Shown here in pieces: positions 26,565-39,581 of a stretch of 64,000 nucleotides of DNA. Every line of letters begins with the position of its first letter. The first letter of the stretch is position 1. The notes beneath the pieces were generated by a model, which saw only the letters and a program-made list of their open reading frames with translations, did not search any database and had not been told where the DNA came from. The translations under genes were made by a program, and so were the position numbers. This DNA comes from Chiloscyllium plagiosum. Lineage: Eukaryota. Location of the stretch: contig NC_057719.1 in assembly GCF_004010195.1 (NCBI RefSeq), positions 50,767,008 through 50,831,007 of the forward strand, written 5' to 3'.

Positions 26565-26918
26565 GTCGAAAAGTGGGGCACTGGAAAAGCATAGCAGGTC
26601 AGGCAGCATCCAAGGAACAGGATACTTGATGTTTCAGGGATAAGCCCTTCATTAGGAATGTTGGAGGTAAGAGGGCTGAGAGATAAATAGGAAGGTAGGG
26701 GTGGGGCTGGGTGGGTAAGTAGCTGGGAAGGCGATCGGTGGATGCAGGTGGGAGGTGTGATTGTGATAGGTCGTTGGGGAGGGTGGAGCTGATAGGTGGG
26801 AAGGAAGATGACAGGTCAAGAGGGCTGTGCTGAGCTGAAGGGTTGAATCTGGGATGAGGTGGGGGGAGGGAGATTTAGAAACTAGTGAAGTTGACGTTGA
26901 TGCCATGTGTTTGAAGGG
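26565..26918 (-). mobile_element. PLE 3' terminal fragment
   Basis: Reverse-complement homolog of ~14400-14770, including a degenerate HHR-like core. Confidence 0.8.
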
Positions 26919-27122
26919 TTACCATTCTAAGAATGCCCCTCTTATTGCAACTCTCATCTATTAGTCAAACCCACCCTCTAATCCATGGACTCTGATTAAG
27001 TATCCTTACATGCAGTACCTCACTGATTGTGTTTTGGAAATTCAAATATATTATGTCTATTGATATCCCTTTATCTATGCTGCTTGTTACCTCCTCAATG
27101 AATTCTAATAAATTTCTCAGGC

Positions 27123-27955
27123 AGATCAGATGGGCCAATGAGCTGATAAGTGGCAGATGGAGTTTAATTCAGATAACTGCGAGGTGCTGCATTTTGGGAA
27201 AGTAAATCTTTGCAGGACTTATACACTTAATGGTAAGGTCCTAGGGAGTGTTGCTGAACAAAGAGACCTTGGAGTGCAGGTTCATAGCTCCTTGAAAGTG
27301 AAGTCGCAGTTAGATAGAATAATGAAGAAGGCGTTTGGTATGCTTTCCTTTATTGGTCAGAGTATTGAGTACAGGAGTCGGGAGGCCATGTTGTACAGGA
27401 CATTGGTTAGACCACTGTTGGAAAATTGCGCGCAGTTCTGGTCTCCTTCCTATCGAAAAGATGTTGTGAAACTTGAAACATTTTACAGGGATTTGTCAGG
27501 GTTGAAGGGTTTGAGCTATAGGGAGAGGCTGAACATGCTGGGATTGGTTTCCCTGTAGTGTCGGAGGCTGAGGGATGACCTTATAGAGGTTTATAAAATT
27601 ATGAGTGGCATGGATAGGATAAACAGATAAGGTCTTTTCCCTGTGGTGGGAGAGTCCAGAACTAGAGGACATAGGCTTAGGGTGAGAGGGGAAAGATATA
27701 AAAGAGACCTAAGGGGGAACCTTTTCACGTAGAGGGTGGTACTTGTATAGAATGAGCTGCCAGAGGATGTGGTGGAGGCTGGTACAATTGCAACATTTAA
27801 GAGGCATTTGGATGGGTATATGAATAGGAAGGGTTTGGAGGGATATGGGCCGGGTTCTGTCAGGTGGGACTAGTTTGGGTTGGGATATCTGGTCAGCACG
27901 GATGGGTTGGATCGAAGGGTCTGTTTCTGTGCTGTACATCTCTATGACTCTGTGA
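27123..27955 (+). mobile_element. CR1 (HER1-like) 5'-truncated copy
   Basis: ORF 27157-27558 (CEVLHFGK..RDLGVQVHSSLK..LYRTLVRPLLE) and 3' tail ctctatgactctgtga. Confidence 0.92.
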
Positions 27956-28499
27956 TCTCTCCTTTATGAAGCCATACTGACTTTGCTTGTTTAACCATGT
28001 GACTTCATGTTCTGCCTGCCTAAAATGTGTTCTTGTCAGATCTCAATCCTCACCTTTTTTAACTGGTACTTTGATTATTGTAAATGTACCATTTCTTGCT
28101 TTTGCCTCACTAAAAAAAAATCATTCACTTCGCTTCTAATTTCCAACATTCCCTTGTGCTTTATATGTTGTGGTTTTGGGTCATGCCTTCAATTTCTTGA
28201 CTTCTTTGCCCCCGTTGCTGGAGGTAAACAATCATACAATATCCATTTTAAGACCACTAAATTCCATAAATATCTTGACTGTACTACTTTTCACTCCACT
28301 TGCAAATTGTACTTTTTCCATATATTTGTTCTGGCGATTACTTCTTTCACACTAGTGCTTCTGATATGCCATCATCTTTCCTCAACCAAGGATTCCATTG
28401 CCATTCTAATCCTTTACCCACTGTGCACAGTGGCTGACATGACCTTTGAATGTGTTTTTCCATTTCTCAATGCTGTTCTGACCCATTCCATTCTGTCCT

Positions 28500-30110
28500 A
28501 GATAGGGATCTTACTTTCTTCATTCTTCACTCTCTTCCACTTTCATTTTCAACAAAACACCCTCTGCCATATCCATGATGATGCCACCATGAAAATGCCG
28601 GTCCCTTCTCTTTTCTGCATTTCAAATGGACAATTCCCTTTGCAATTATCTTCTCTTCCCATGCTATCTTCCCACCTAAAAGTGCTGGCAATGCAATATC
28701 TGCCCTTTTATCTCCTCCTTGCCTGAACCAGTAGTTTACCTGTGCCTCTTTTAATACAATATAGCATGTTCATTGTTTAAAATACAATGATCTTTACTCT
28801 GGGGCAACAAACACAGATTAGGCCAAGGAAAGGCATGGAGTTTAATACAGATAAGTATGAGGTCTTGCATTTTGTGAAGTCATTTTAAGGTAGGAGTTTC
28901 ATGGTGAATGGTGGGGCTTTAAGGAGTGCAGTGGAACAGAGAGATCTTGGAGTTCAGGCACATGGTTCTCTGAAATTGGAGTCACAGGTAGACGGAGCAG
29001 TGAAGAAGGTCTCTGGCACACTGACCTTCAAGAATCAGGGCATTGAGGTATAGAAGATGGGAAGTTATGTTGCAGTTGTACAGGACGTTGATGAGGCCAC
29101 ACTTGGAGTATTGTGCTCAGTTTTGTTTACCTTGCTATCGGAAAGATGTTAATAAACTGGAAAGAGTGCAGAAGAAATTTACAAGTCTGAGTTTGAACAA
29201 GCTAGGACTTTTTTTCTTCAGAGTGTAGGAGACTGAGGGGGACCCTATAGAAGTGTAAAGAGACTTTAAAGGCATGGATAGGGTGAATGCACTCAATCTT
29301 TTTTCCAGGGTTGGGGAAATCAAGGACTAGAGGGCATCAGTTTAAGGTTAGAGGAGAAAGAATAAAAAGGAACCTGAGGGACAACATATTTACACAGAGG
29401 GTTGTACGCATATGGAATAAGCTGCAAACGGTAGTGATTGAGGTGGATACATTAATGACATTGAAAAGACATTTGGACAAATACATAGATAGGAAAGGTC
29501 TTGAAGTTTATGGGCCAAGTGCAGGGAAATGGGGTTAGTGTTGATGGAAGTTTGGTTGGCATGGACCAATTGGGGCTGTCTCTGTGCTGTTTGTCCACGT
29601 TTGTTACACTGAGTTTCCAATTGCTCCTGCTTTAATTCTCTGACCCACATCCAATCTGACCTCTCTGTCCTCAGTCTCTGACACCGTTTCAGTATAGTTG
29701 TTAGTAGAAATTTGAGAAACAACATCTCATCTTTCACTTCATGACTGAACACAACACTGAGTTCAACAATTTCATATCATAATCTTTGCTCTTGTTCCTG
29801 CTGATTCTGCTATTCCCATTTACATCTCCTCGTCTTTTTGCTTCTTTTTCATTGCTTCTTCCATCTTGATTCATTTTGTCATCTAACATCTCCTGCCTTT
29901 CACCCCTATTAGAGATTGTCCTTCTCTTTTCCCACTTTCTTTGCTCTGTACTTGCCGAAAACATGTGACCCCTTTAACTACTTCTGTTTTTGATGAAAAG
30001 TCAACCTGACATATTAACTCTGTTTCTGACTCCATACATTCCTAACCTACTGATTATTTCCAGCATTTTCAGCTTATTTCAGAATTCCAGCATCTACAGT
30101 CATTTGCTTT
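28500..30110 (+). mobile_element. Highly decayed PLE split by a CR1
   Basis: GIY-YIG-like remnant at ~28730-28822. The 3' end (~29985-30110) resembles the arm of the 345-552 element. Confidence 0.5.
28830..29590 (+). mobile_element. CR1 LINE 3' fragment
   Basis: ORFs read LYRTLMRPHLEYCAQF and IFTQRVVRIWNKL. Confidence 0.9.
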
Positions 30111-30377
30111 GACGTGAGTGACATCCCAGTGATCTATAACAGCTAAAGAATACAGATTAATGTTTACAAAATGTGTAAACATTTTACTGCAGCACTGGAA
30201 TTTTATTAATTATTTTAAAAGCAAAATATTATCAAGTTTTCATGAGAAGCAAGATTCACAGACTGAGTTCACTGTATGTTAATTCTTCTACACCTAATAG
30301 AAGTGTTTGTTAATGGTTGTGTTTCTTTTCCATTATTTCTTTTTTTTCATCTTTTGTATGTTCTGACTTGTACAAAG

Positions 30378-30403
30378 ATGCAAAGTCACCTAAAGTACTT
30401 CAT
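30378..30403 (+). CDS. Candidate 26-nt microexon (MQSHLKYF+)
   Basis: Long pyrimidine tract, ctgac, aAG acceptor and consensus GTAAGT donor. Phase 0 to 2. Confidence 0.4.
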
Positions 30404-32788
30404 GTAAGTGCTCATTCTTCACATGTGAACGTAAACTATGAGCCTATCAAAGTCTTTTGCCCACCTGTCATCCTTACATATATTTTCCCAGCAGAAGTCA
30501 TAATGATCTGAATCGGACATGTTTTTCTACCTGAAGTAACCAGGAAACCCAATGCATTAAATTATATTGCACAGAAAGACGATGCTTGGCCCATAATGCC
30601 TGCGACATAAATTGTAGCATCCGTATTTCTAATCCTCAAAATCTTAGCTAAAAGAACAAGGGACCACAAGGTCCATTAGATTCTATGTTATCTTAGAGGA
30701 AAACATATTTATTTTCCCTCGACTGAGTTCACTGAGCAACCCATGAGGAATGCAGGAGTGCATCTTAGAGTACTGAATAAAGATATGCTTAATCATGAGC
30801 TGTAGGATGAGAAAGATTAGCCATACGAAATCAGAGGCACAACACACAAATGAAATTTTCTTTATATTTCAATCACATACGATGAACCATTGGGGGTCAT
30901 TCCCGTATCTCATGACATCTTGTGTTGTACGAGTCCCATTGGAATGCTGGTTTAGCATTTCCATTTCCTCTCAATACTTGGCAGCCAGTAAACGGAATGT
31001 CATGGAACATGTGAAATGAAAATATATTTGAAAGCTGCTGTTTCTCTTTTTTTGTTGTGATTATGAATTAACTCTTGTGAAGATTATGCAACACACTTAT
31101 CAAGTGAGTGATCAGATGAAATTTGTGGTAATGTAAATAATCCAAAAATGTAACTTAGATTTTGTAATGAATGCAATAACACAATTTGAGAGTTGTCACT
31201 TAGTTAAAATTGTTTTCTTCTAAATTCAGACAGCCAATCACTTAATACTTATTTTCCTTAATATCCTTAACATATTGTTTATGAATGCAAAGAAAGGCTG
31301 CTCTTAGCCTCAACATGTGTTTCTGAAACTAGAGGGATTTCATCATAATCCTCAAAAAATTAATTCTCATTGTTTGTGGTAAAGCTAGTTATTTATTTGA
31401 TAGAGATTCATTAAACTAATGAGAAAAAAAAACCAGAGCAGTTTGTACATTCTTAAAATTTAGGAGAAAATTTGTGAGACATATTTAGAAAGGAGTAACC
31501 CTATTATGTTTGAATTCTTGGTGGCTACTTTTGTTGTTTTATTTCATTTTAGTTTTTTTTATAAAATACTGTTGAAACAGATGTTTGGCTGTATACCATA
31601 TTGCAACAGTCATTACCTCTTGGTGTATATAACCCTTTGATTCAATATACTCTAAACTGACTGCACATTCCCTGTGCTGCCCAAATGCAAATGCACTCAA
31701 ACATTTTGTTGCCCTAGAATTAATGAAAGAATGCTTGCTTTATTTCTCAAATTGTTTATCATGATATAAGTAATAAAATATGCACAGTTAGTGAAATACT
31801 TGACTACAGAATTAAAAGAGCATATGTTTGATTAATATATCCAAAGCTGTTCAAAAGCCTTAATAACTTAAAGAAAATCCATATATGTTCTGTATATTCT
31901 TGTGCAATAAAACATGCCTTGTTAAATGGAAGTATTTGGATCTATAATCAAAATCACCTATCACGAGAACACCACAGTTAGTTAGCTGTCTAGTTCCATA
32001 ATTTTGATCAAATTTGAATAATAATATGTTGGTGAAATTTGACCACCTGTATGTCAGTTTGTAGTGGTGATTAAGCATGGGAAGAAATGAGCATTGCCAA
32101 CCTCTTAACTTTTAACCACATCAGATAAATACTAATCAATACTCGCAATTTTTTTAATCTTGTCAGTTTAACCTTGTATTTCAATCTCTCTGTTTCCTTT
32201 TGATCGTAGATTGCATATTCTTTGTTCCTATACTGTAAATGTGTTGTAACATGCTCTTTGAATCAGTCTTAGTCATTACTGAATTGGATCATCACCAATA
32301 TTTCCAGACATTCAACGTTCATTGGTGAAAAGCAATTACTGGCTGAAATGCAAACATATTTTTTGAATTTAGTATCAGTGAATTGTGCATAATTAACTCT
32401 TCACTTCAGCAACACATATTTGTGGGATATTTTCGATTATGGTGTTTCTGTGACAGCAAACGTATCTGTTCAGGCTTTTTTGTGCTAGTGGTCTGTAGCT
32501 AACTGAGCATCCCTGTGTAAATGCATGTTGGTTCTTTGTTCAGTGAGGAACAATCCAAAATGGACTCTACAAAAAAAAGCCACTAAACTAGCCCTGGCAG
32601 CTCTAAGCAAATGCTGAAAAAAGCTTGGTGCATTTTCATGTAAATGTTTTTTGACCAAAGCTAATGAATTATTGGCAGAGAACAAATAAGCAGTTCCTCA
32701 ATGCTGAAGTGGAATAAGCAGAAGATTACTTCTTTTATAGGCAAACAATTTATTCTGCTTTTTTTCTCCTCAATTTTATGTTCCGCAG

Positions 32789-32951
32789 CGTGAAAGATGT
32801 TAAGTACTTTGACCCAAGAATTTCCCCTTATCCTTCAGGTTTTCTTTTGTTTTGCTGCCCCAGAGTCCTTTCAAACTCCCACTCCATTCCCAATGCGTTT
32901 GAACCCATTTACATTACTGTTATTGTCTCGCTTTACCCCCAGAACCCATGA
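32789..32951 (+). CDS. Candidate alternative last coding exon (VKDVKYFDPRISPYPSG...)
   Basis: Strong acceptor ttttttctcctcaattttatgttccgcAG. Phase-2 start matches the 30378-30403 microexon. Frame open to TGA near 32951. Confidence 0.3.
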
Positions 32952-34225
32952 CTCTGGACCTTCCTCGTCTTTGCTGGCACCACATAGCACTCCATGCAGA
33001 GGGCAGAGTAAATGTGACCTGCTTGAACTCTTCCATTTCAAGGGCTCCCAGTCCCCTCCTATTCACTATGAATTTCCATCCTATGATTTGCAATTTCTCC
33101 TATCATGTGACCATTCTCTTCTTAATCTAGTACAATGGAGTCCACACCAGATTTGAGTGACTTGAGCTACGTGCTTTCCCTAATTGACTATGACCCATCC
33201 ATCAGCATGATCTCTCACCAGCAGCTTGACTTATCTACTTTTAATCCCTGGACTGCTTGAATTTGACCTTGAACTCTAACTTACTCAAACCACAGACTGC
33301 AAGGGCGCAAAATCTTCAAACTTACATCAGATCAAGCACTTGACTGACAGTGGCCAATGCCCTGTACTGAAACTGGACCAACTCCTTGACTGATGTGATA
33401 TTCTTGATTGACTGACGAACTGCACTCTCACGCTGTAAAACATTTGTCCCCTTTGACTTTCACACATCTCTGCTTTCCCATGTAAACTGCATGCATACTG
33501 TGACATTTCCATCTTTTCTCTGACTGATGCAATTACTCCTCAGTGCTCAGCACTGTCACAAGTTGCTTTTTACTTCTGAATGAAAAGCAGGCTAATTCAT
33601 GGTGTTTGCCTCCAACTCAGCACTAAATATGCTATGCTAAAATGTAGCTAAGGTGCAGATGCTGGACAACATTAAAAGTTCTGGATAGATATCTAAGATG
33701 CCTGTCTGTCCCTCAGTACAAAATAGCCAGCAACAACGAATACAAATTCTTACTGCCCCAACCTCCAAAATACATGCTTGAAGCTGTAATGATGTTGTGA
33801 GGCTTTGCCAATGTCAAGTTGCATGAATTAAGGAACAGCGTCATCATTGACATTGGAGGCACCTTCTATAGATGAAGCAGTTCAATTTCAGAGATGTGAT
33901 GGTTGGTACAGCCATTCCACAACCTGCACAAGAGGTGGCAAAACAAATTGCCTAGTGCCACTCTGTTTTACTGATTGCACCATCAAGTCTCTCAACTCTG
34001 GAGAGGAACGTCGGAAGTGTGATGATAATGCAGAGAGTTCAGAGTATTAATGAGATGGAAATGCATGGAATTAAACTTCATGCTACTTGAGGGCAAGATT
34101 CTGAAATCACTGCAGAAGCGGTGAGGACTTAATTTGGAGAGTTTTCTCAACATCGAGAATCTGATTTTTGGATTTGCCTGGTTAAGACATTCCACTTAAA
34201 CGTTGTATAAATGTTTAAAATTCTT

Positions 34226-35940
34226 TAAGGAATCCAGAGGGTTTTTACAAATACATTAAGGACAAAAGGGAGAGAATAGGGCCCCTCAAATATCAGCAAG
34301 GAGTCGCAGAAGATGGGGGAGATAATAAATGAGTATTTACTGTGGAAAAGGACATGGAAGATATAGAATGTAGGGAAATAAATGATGATATCTTGAAAAA
34401 TGTCCATATTACATGCTGGATGTCTTTAAACCCATAAAAGTGGATAAAACCCAAGGACCTGATCAGGTGTACCCTAGAATTCTGTGGGAAACTATGGAAG
34501 TGATTGCGAGCCCTCTAACTGAGATATTTGTATCATTGATAGTCACAGGTGAGGTGTCGGAAGACTGGAGGTAGGCTAACATGGTACCACTGTTTAAGAA
34601 GGGTGGTAAGGACAAGCCAGGGAACTATAGACCAGTGAGCCTGATGTCAGTGGTGGGCAAGTTGTTGGAGGGAATCCTGAGGGACAGTATGTACATGTAT
34701 TTGGAAAGGCAAGGACTGATTATGAATAGTCAACATGGCTTTGTGTGGGAAATCATGTCTCACAAACTTGATGTTTTTTGAATAAGTAACAAAGAGGATT
34801 CCTGAGGGCAGAGTGGTAGGGCGTTCAACAAGGTTCTCCATGGGAGACTGATTAGCAAAGTTAGATCTCATGGAATACAGGGAGAACTCGCCATTTGGAT
34901 ACAGAACTGGCGCGAAGGTAGAAGACAGAGGGTGGTGGTGGAGGGTTGTTTTTCAGACTGGAGGCCTGTGACCAGTAGAGTGCCACAAGGACCGGTGCTG
35001 GGTCCACTACTTTTCAGCATTTATATAAATGATTTGGATGTGAGCATAAGAGGAATAGTTAGTAAGTTCGCTGATGACACCAAAGAAGGTTACCTTAGAT
35101 TACAACGGGATCTTGATCAGATGGGCCAATGGGCTGAGAAGTGGCAGATAGCATTTAATTCAGATAAGTGTGAGGTGCTGCATTTTGGGAAAGCAAGTCT
35201 TAGCAGGACTTATACACTTAATGGTATGGTCCTAGGGTATGTTGCTGAACAAAGAGACCTTGGAGTGCAGGTTCATAGCTCCTTGAAAGTGGAGTTGCAG
35301 GTAGATAGGATAGTGAAGAAGGCATTTGGTATGCTTTCCTTTATTGGTCAGAGTATTGAGTACAGGAGTCAGGAGGTCATGTTGCGGCTGTGCAGGACAT
35401 TGGTTGGGCCATTATTGGAATATTGTATGAACTCTGGTCTCCTTCCTATCGGAAAGATGTTGTGAAACTTGAAAGTGTTCAGAAAAGACTTAGAAGAATG
35501 TTCCCAAGGTTGGAAGATTTGAGCTATATGGAGAGGTTCTATAGGCTGGGGCTGTTTTCCCTGGAGCGTCGAAGGTTGAGGGGTGACCTCATAGAGGTTT
35601 ATAAAATCATGAGGGGCGTGGATAGAATAAATAGATTAAGTCTTTTCCCTGGGGTAGGGAGAGTCTACAACTAGAGGGCATAGGTTTAGAGTAAGAGGGG
35701 AAAGATAGAAAAGAGATCTAAGGGGCAACGTTTTCACACAGAGGGTGAAATGAGCTGCCAGAGGAAGTGGAGGTGGCTAGTACAATTGCAAAATTTAAAA
35801 GGCAAGTGAATGGGTATATGAATAGGAAGGATTTGGAGGGATATGGGCATGTGGTGGCAGGTGGGACTAGATTGGGTTGGCATGGATGAGTTGGACCAAA
35901 GGGTCTGTTTCCATGCCATACATCTCTATGACTCTATGAC
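34226..35940 (+). mobile_element. CR1 (HER1-like) LINE, RT domain to 3' tail, frameshifted
   Basis: VPLFKKGGKDKPGNYRPVSL and VPQGPVLGPLLFSIYINDLD..KFADDTK. Tail ctctatgactctatgac. Confidence 0.95.
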
Positions 35941-36306
35941 ATTCCTAATTAAATCTGTCACCTTTACAGCCACAACTGCAGTCTCAGAGCTGTATGACAA
36001 AAGTATTGCCAGTAACTGAAGTTGACCATGGCCATGCATGTTTCTGCATCAGGTTTCTTTTAGGCTGTAGAAGGTCATATTTACAGCATCTCCCAATTTG
36101 CCAACCACTTTTGCATAAGGGAAGACACCATGCTCTGTTTTACAAGAGATGGCCATGGGAAACATCTTTGAAAAGCTCTGGCTTACAGCATTTCACATAG
36201 GCATCAGCAGTCTAGTATGGCTGGCACACAGGCAACAGCAAGGTCAGTGGCATTGGTGGGAAATGAGTGCTGTCATTCCTGAGGGTCGACAGCAGGTTCA
36301 CGTTCA

Positions 36307-36675
36307 TTGAATTGAATTGAATTAGCTTTATTGTCACATATATTCAAATTAATACATTGAAAGGTTTGTACATTGCCACTTACAGCACCATCTTAGGTAC
36401 AAAGGTACCGAGGTTCAGCTTCTTTAGTTACAAAATAGAGAACCTGTACCAAGCTGGCACCTAGCATCCAGTCCACCCTGGCACCCGAGCTTCACCCTGA
36501 GGATCGTGAGGCTGGGAGATCACTCTGATATCACCTCAAGACTGAGAGACCATATTGAGGCCATGACAGGCCAAGAGACCGCCATGCTGGTCAGAGAGAA
36601 CGCTACGCCAGAGGGCTGCTACACCAAGCCGGAAGGTCGCCATACAGGCCAGGAGGTCGAGCTAGGGAGAGAACG
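36307..36675 (-). mobile_element. Second copy of the minisatellite-bearing retroposon
   Basis: (attga)n tail, ctttattgtcacatat, caccatcttaggtacaaaggtacc and degenerate 21-bp units, as at 6641-7150. Confidence 0.65.
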
Positions 36676-38625
36676 TCAGCTATTCTGGAAATCTATTGAA
36701 AAGTTGCTATTGACATCTTTTAAACAAATTTCAATATTGATTTCTGCAGCCATAATGGCAGGAGACTGCCCTTGCATGATGTAGGCTAAACTTTCATAAC
36801 AGCATCTCGAGTTTCCATGCCTTACAAAAGGGTGAAGTTCCAATGCAACACGTAAATTGAAATCTTTCCACGCCTTGAATGACATGGACTTTGACAAGAA
36901 GTTTGAAAATCCAGTGAGGATCTTCCCAATTTTGAGATCAAAAAGTTCCATTTTCCAACAAAGTGTTGGATAACAGTGCAAGATCTCACTGGCAACTAGC
37001 AAGAGTCTTATTTGCATGAATTAATATTCATTATCACTCTCATTACTACCTAATCACACAACATTAATATGCATTTTTCTATTCTCCTATCTGCTAGATA
37101 TGATTTGAATGCAGAGAATTCCTGACATGAAAATCAAAGCAAATACCTGGCATTTCAAATTGCAAATGCTCCTCCAACCTAGACATCCAGTATTAAGATC
37201 TCCAGGCACAACATCGGCAGTGGTTGCACACTGACATGTCCATGGATATCGGCATTACATAGTTATAAGCCACACTACATCATCATGGTATGTCTCTGAT
37301 TTACTTAAGGTCTGCAGCTGCATTTCAGTGTTGCACTTTGGAATGCATCAGCCCCTTTCATTACATTGCCGCTACCAGGACTGTATACTCACACAGATAG
37401 GAAACAGCTCACGGTTTGTCGAGGATTCATCTCAGTGCTCCTTGTTTGTTCTATTAGCTCTCACTCACTTTGCGTCTACTCCAAATGTTCACAGCATGTC
37501 TGCCTTGCCTTACCTTTTTGCATTTTGCCCCCTCAGCCAGAGCTTAAAACCTTTCAGTACTTGGCCTTGTCATTTAGCGCAGAGCAAAGTCAGGCAACTT
37601 GTCATGATCATCAGCTATCATCAGTTAATGGGGTGGATATGTAACTGTGTTACTTCATTGTCACATGATCTGTGCCAGCCACATGTATGTCAAGCGCAGT
37701 GCGTGTGTTTCAGCCAAATGACCATATCTTAGACTCTCAGGGGAGACAAGGCAAGGGAGACATCCTTCATGCATGGTGTTCCAGCAAAGTAAGTCAAGGG
37801 CAGTAACCACTTTCATTCCAGGGGCTTTGGTACTGTCAGTCTGTCATTTCAGGTTGTTGCAGTCTGGATCCCCTCCTCATAAGAGGTGAGGAGCTGAATG
37901 TTGGTACCCCATCACCTGTCTTGGCTCTAGTCAATTGTTTTTGCCTAGAATAAGACAAAGAGAGGGACACAGTGAGAGGAAAATGGCTGGCACAGCTGTT
38001 ACTGCGGTTGCTGATGAGGAAAAGTAATGAATTATCCCACACGAGTAGGAGGTACAGAGGCCATGCAGTTATTAGTCTCAATGGATTAGGTACGTTAGAG
38101 TGAGTGAGGGAAGAACTTAGATTTGATAATAACAGTGGTAGAACATAAGCCTGGACGGGACATGGGTACAGTAATAGAGCATGTGAGAGTTAGAGGCCTC
38201 AGATGGAAGATAGTGACACTTAGCCTGGTGCTGTGGACAAAGTCTTTGATATTGCTGGGTATTCCTCAAGAAGGTTGAGACAACCCTGACCCAGGTGGAA
38301 CCCTCAGACCAGGCTAGCAAGCTCTGATAGCGAGGTCGCCTCTGCTGGTCTTGGGGGAAATGGATGACCTTTCTGAGCACTATCCCATTCAAGACAATGT
38401 CCAAGTTCCTGTCCTGTTGCCAACTACCCTTTATCTGTAATGTCTAGGGTAAATGTGATGAACTGACCAGGGCAGCACCGGACTGCCAATATCTGATAGA
38501 TGCACTATATCTGTATCTTCACGTTTAATTCCTGGTTATTGCCTTTGCACAGTTTGTCTGGAGGGTGACCTCCAAAAAGCTGCCAAGACAGCATCAGCAG
38601 ATCATGGAGCATGCTCTCTCCCTTG

Positions 38626-39581
38626 TTACTGCATTTTGTTTACTTTTCCTTTTATTTTTCTATCTTTCACAACTCTGCTAACCTTACATGACTCTGTAGA
38701 ACGCAACGAGATTGAACAGCACAAACAGGCAGTGGGTTGGCCCTCAGCGAGATCAGGGAAAGAAGCCCGAGGCGGCTGGTGGTGACAGTGGGGCCCATTG
38801 CCAACCCGGTAATCAGAGGTTGCGAGTGTGCCCTGGCCAAACAAATTCTGAAGGCAGCAGGAGGAGATTGGACGCTGCAACTTCAGCAGTAGCAGCGATA
38901 GCATCAAAGCTTCGTTGGGTCCAGAACGTTGACTTTGTTGTTCAGAATTGAACCCAATGCAGGAAGATCAACCAATGAGGGCGGTCCCCTGGTATCTGCA
39001 GCAGTGGTGAGAACAGGTACCTGGAGACCAAGCTAAGCAAAGGAGATTGAGGCCTCTTTATGGCTAAGCACTCAACAAAGACTTGAACCTTTAGCTTTAT
39101 TTCTTTATTTTTCTAGTTTGTATCAAGAATGACTTTAATGTTAACTATTACCTAACAGGCATTTCTTCTAGAATGCGATAGTTGCGTTCTTATGCGACCC
39201 CGCGCTATATAAAAGTCGTGCAATAAAGATAGCAGTTAAACCATTGGTGATGCAATTAGGTTATAGCCAGCATACATTTTAAAAGTTTGTGCTTTAGAAA
39301 CAGCATCCCCTATTCATCAATCGCATTATAGCCAATTTGCATTGACCAAACGCACATTACAGCAAAACGATCTGTATTTCTTTATTTTTCTATGTATACT
39401 ATGATAGTCTGTAATACTTAATTTTTTAACTTTGTTTCCCACTCTTACTTCTTTGTACCAACGTTTTTTGTACCTAGGAACCTTTGTACCTATGATGGTG
39501 CCATGTACATTGTGCATTTTTCGCTGTACTCTTGTGCTTCTGTGCTTGAGTACATGTGACAAAAAAATCTAAATCCAAATC
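38626..39581 (+). mobile_element. Related retroposon copy with GC-rich body and L2-like tail, hosting a MITE
   Basis: The 3' end ttgtacctatgatggtgcc..gagtacatgtgacaaaaaaatctaaatccaaatc is the reverse complement of the ends at 6641 and 36307. Confidence 0.6.
39156..39374. mobile_element. Tigger/pogo-like MITE
   Basis: Degenerate TIRs caggcatttcttctagaatgcg / cacattacagcaaaacgatctg, followed by TA on the right. About 220 bp, non-coding. Confidence 0.5.

Larger units (their letters stand above)
25570..27990 (-). mobile_element. Older CR1 LINE hosting two nested insertions
   Basis: CR1 remnants at 25570-26560, 26920-27122 and 27956-27990. Confidence 0.75.

Noticed and set aside
28007..28501. 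164-aa hydrophobic ORF (and similar 8663-9124)
   Set aside because: T-rich low-complexity sequence with no domain or splice support.
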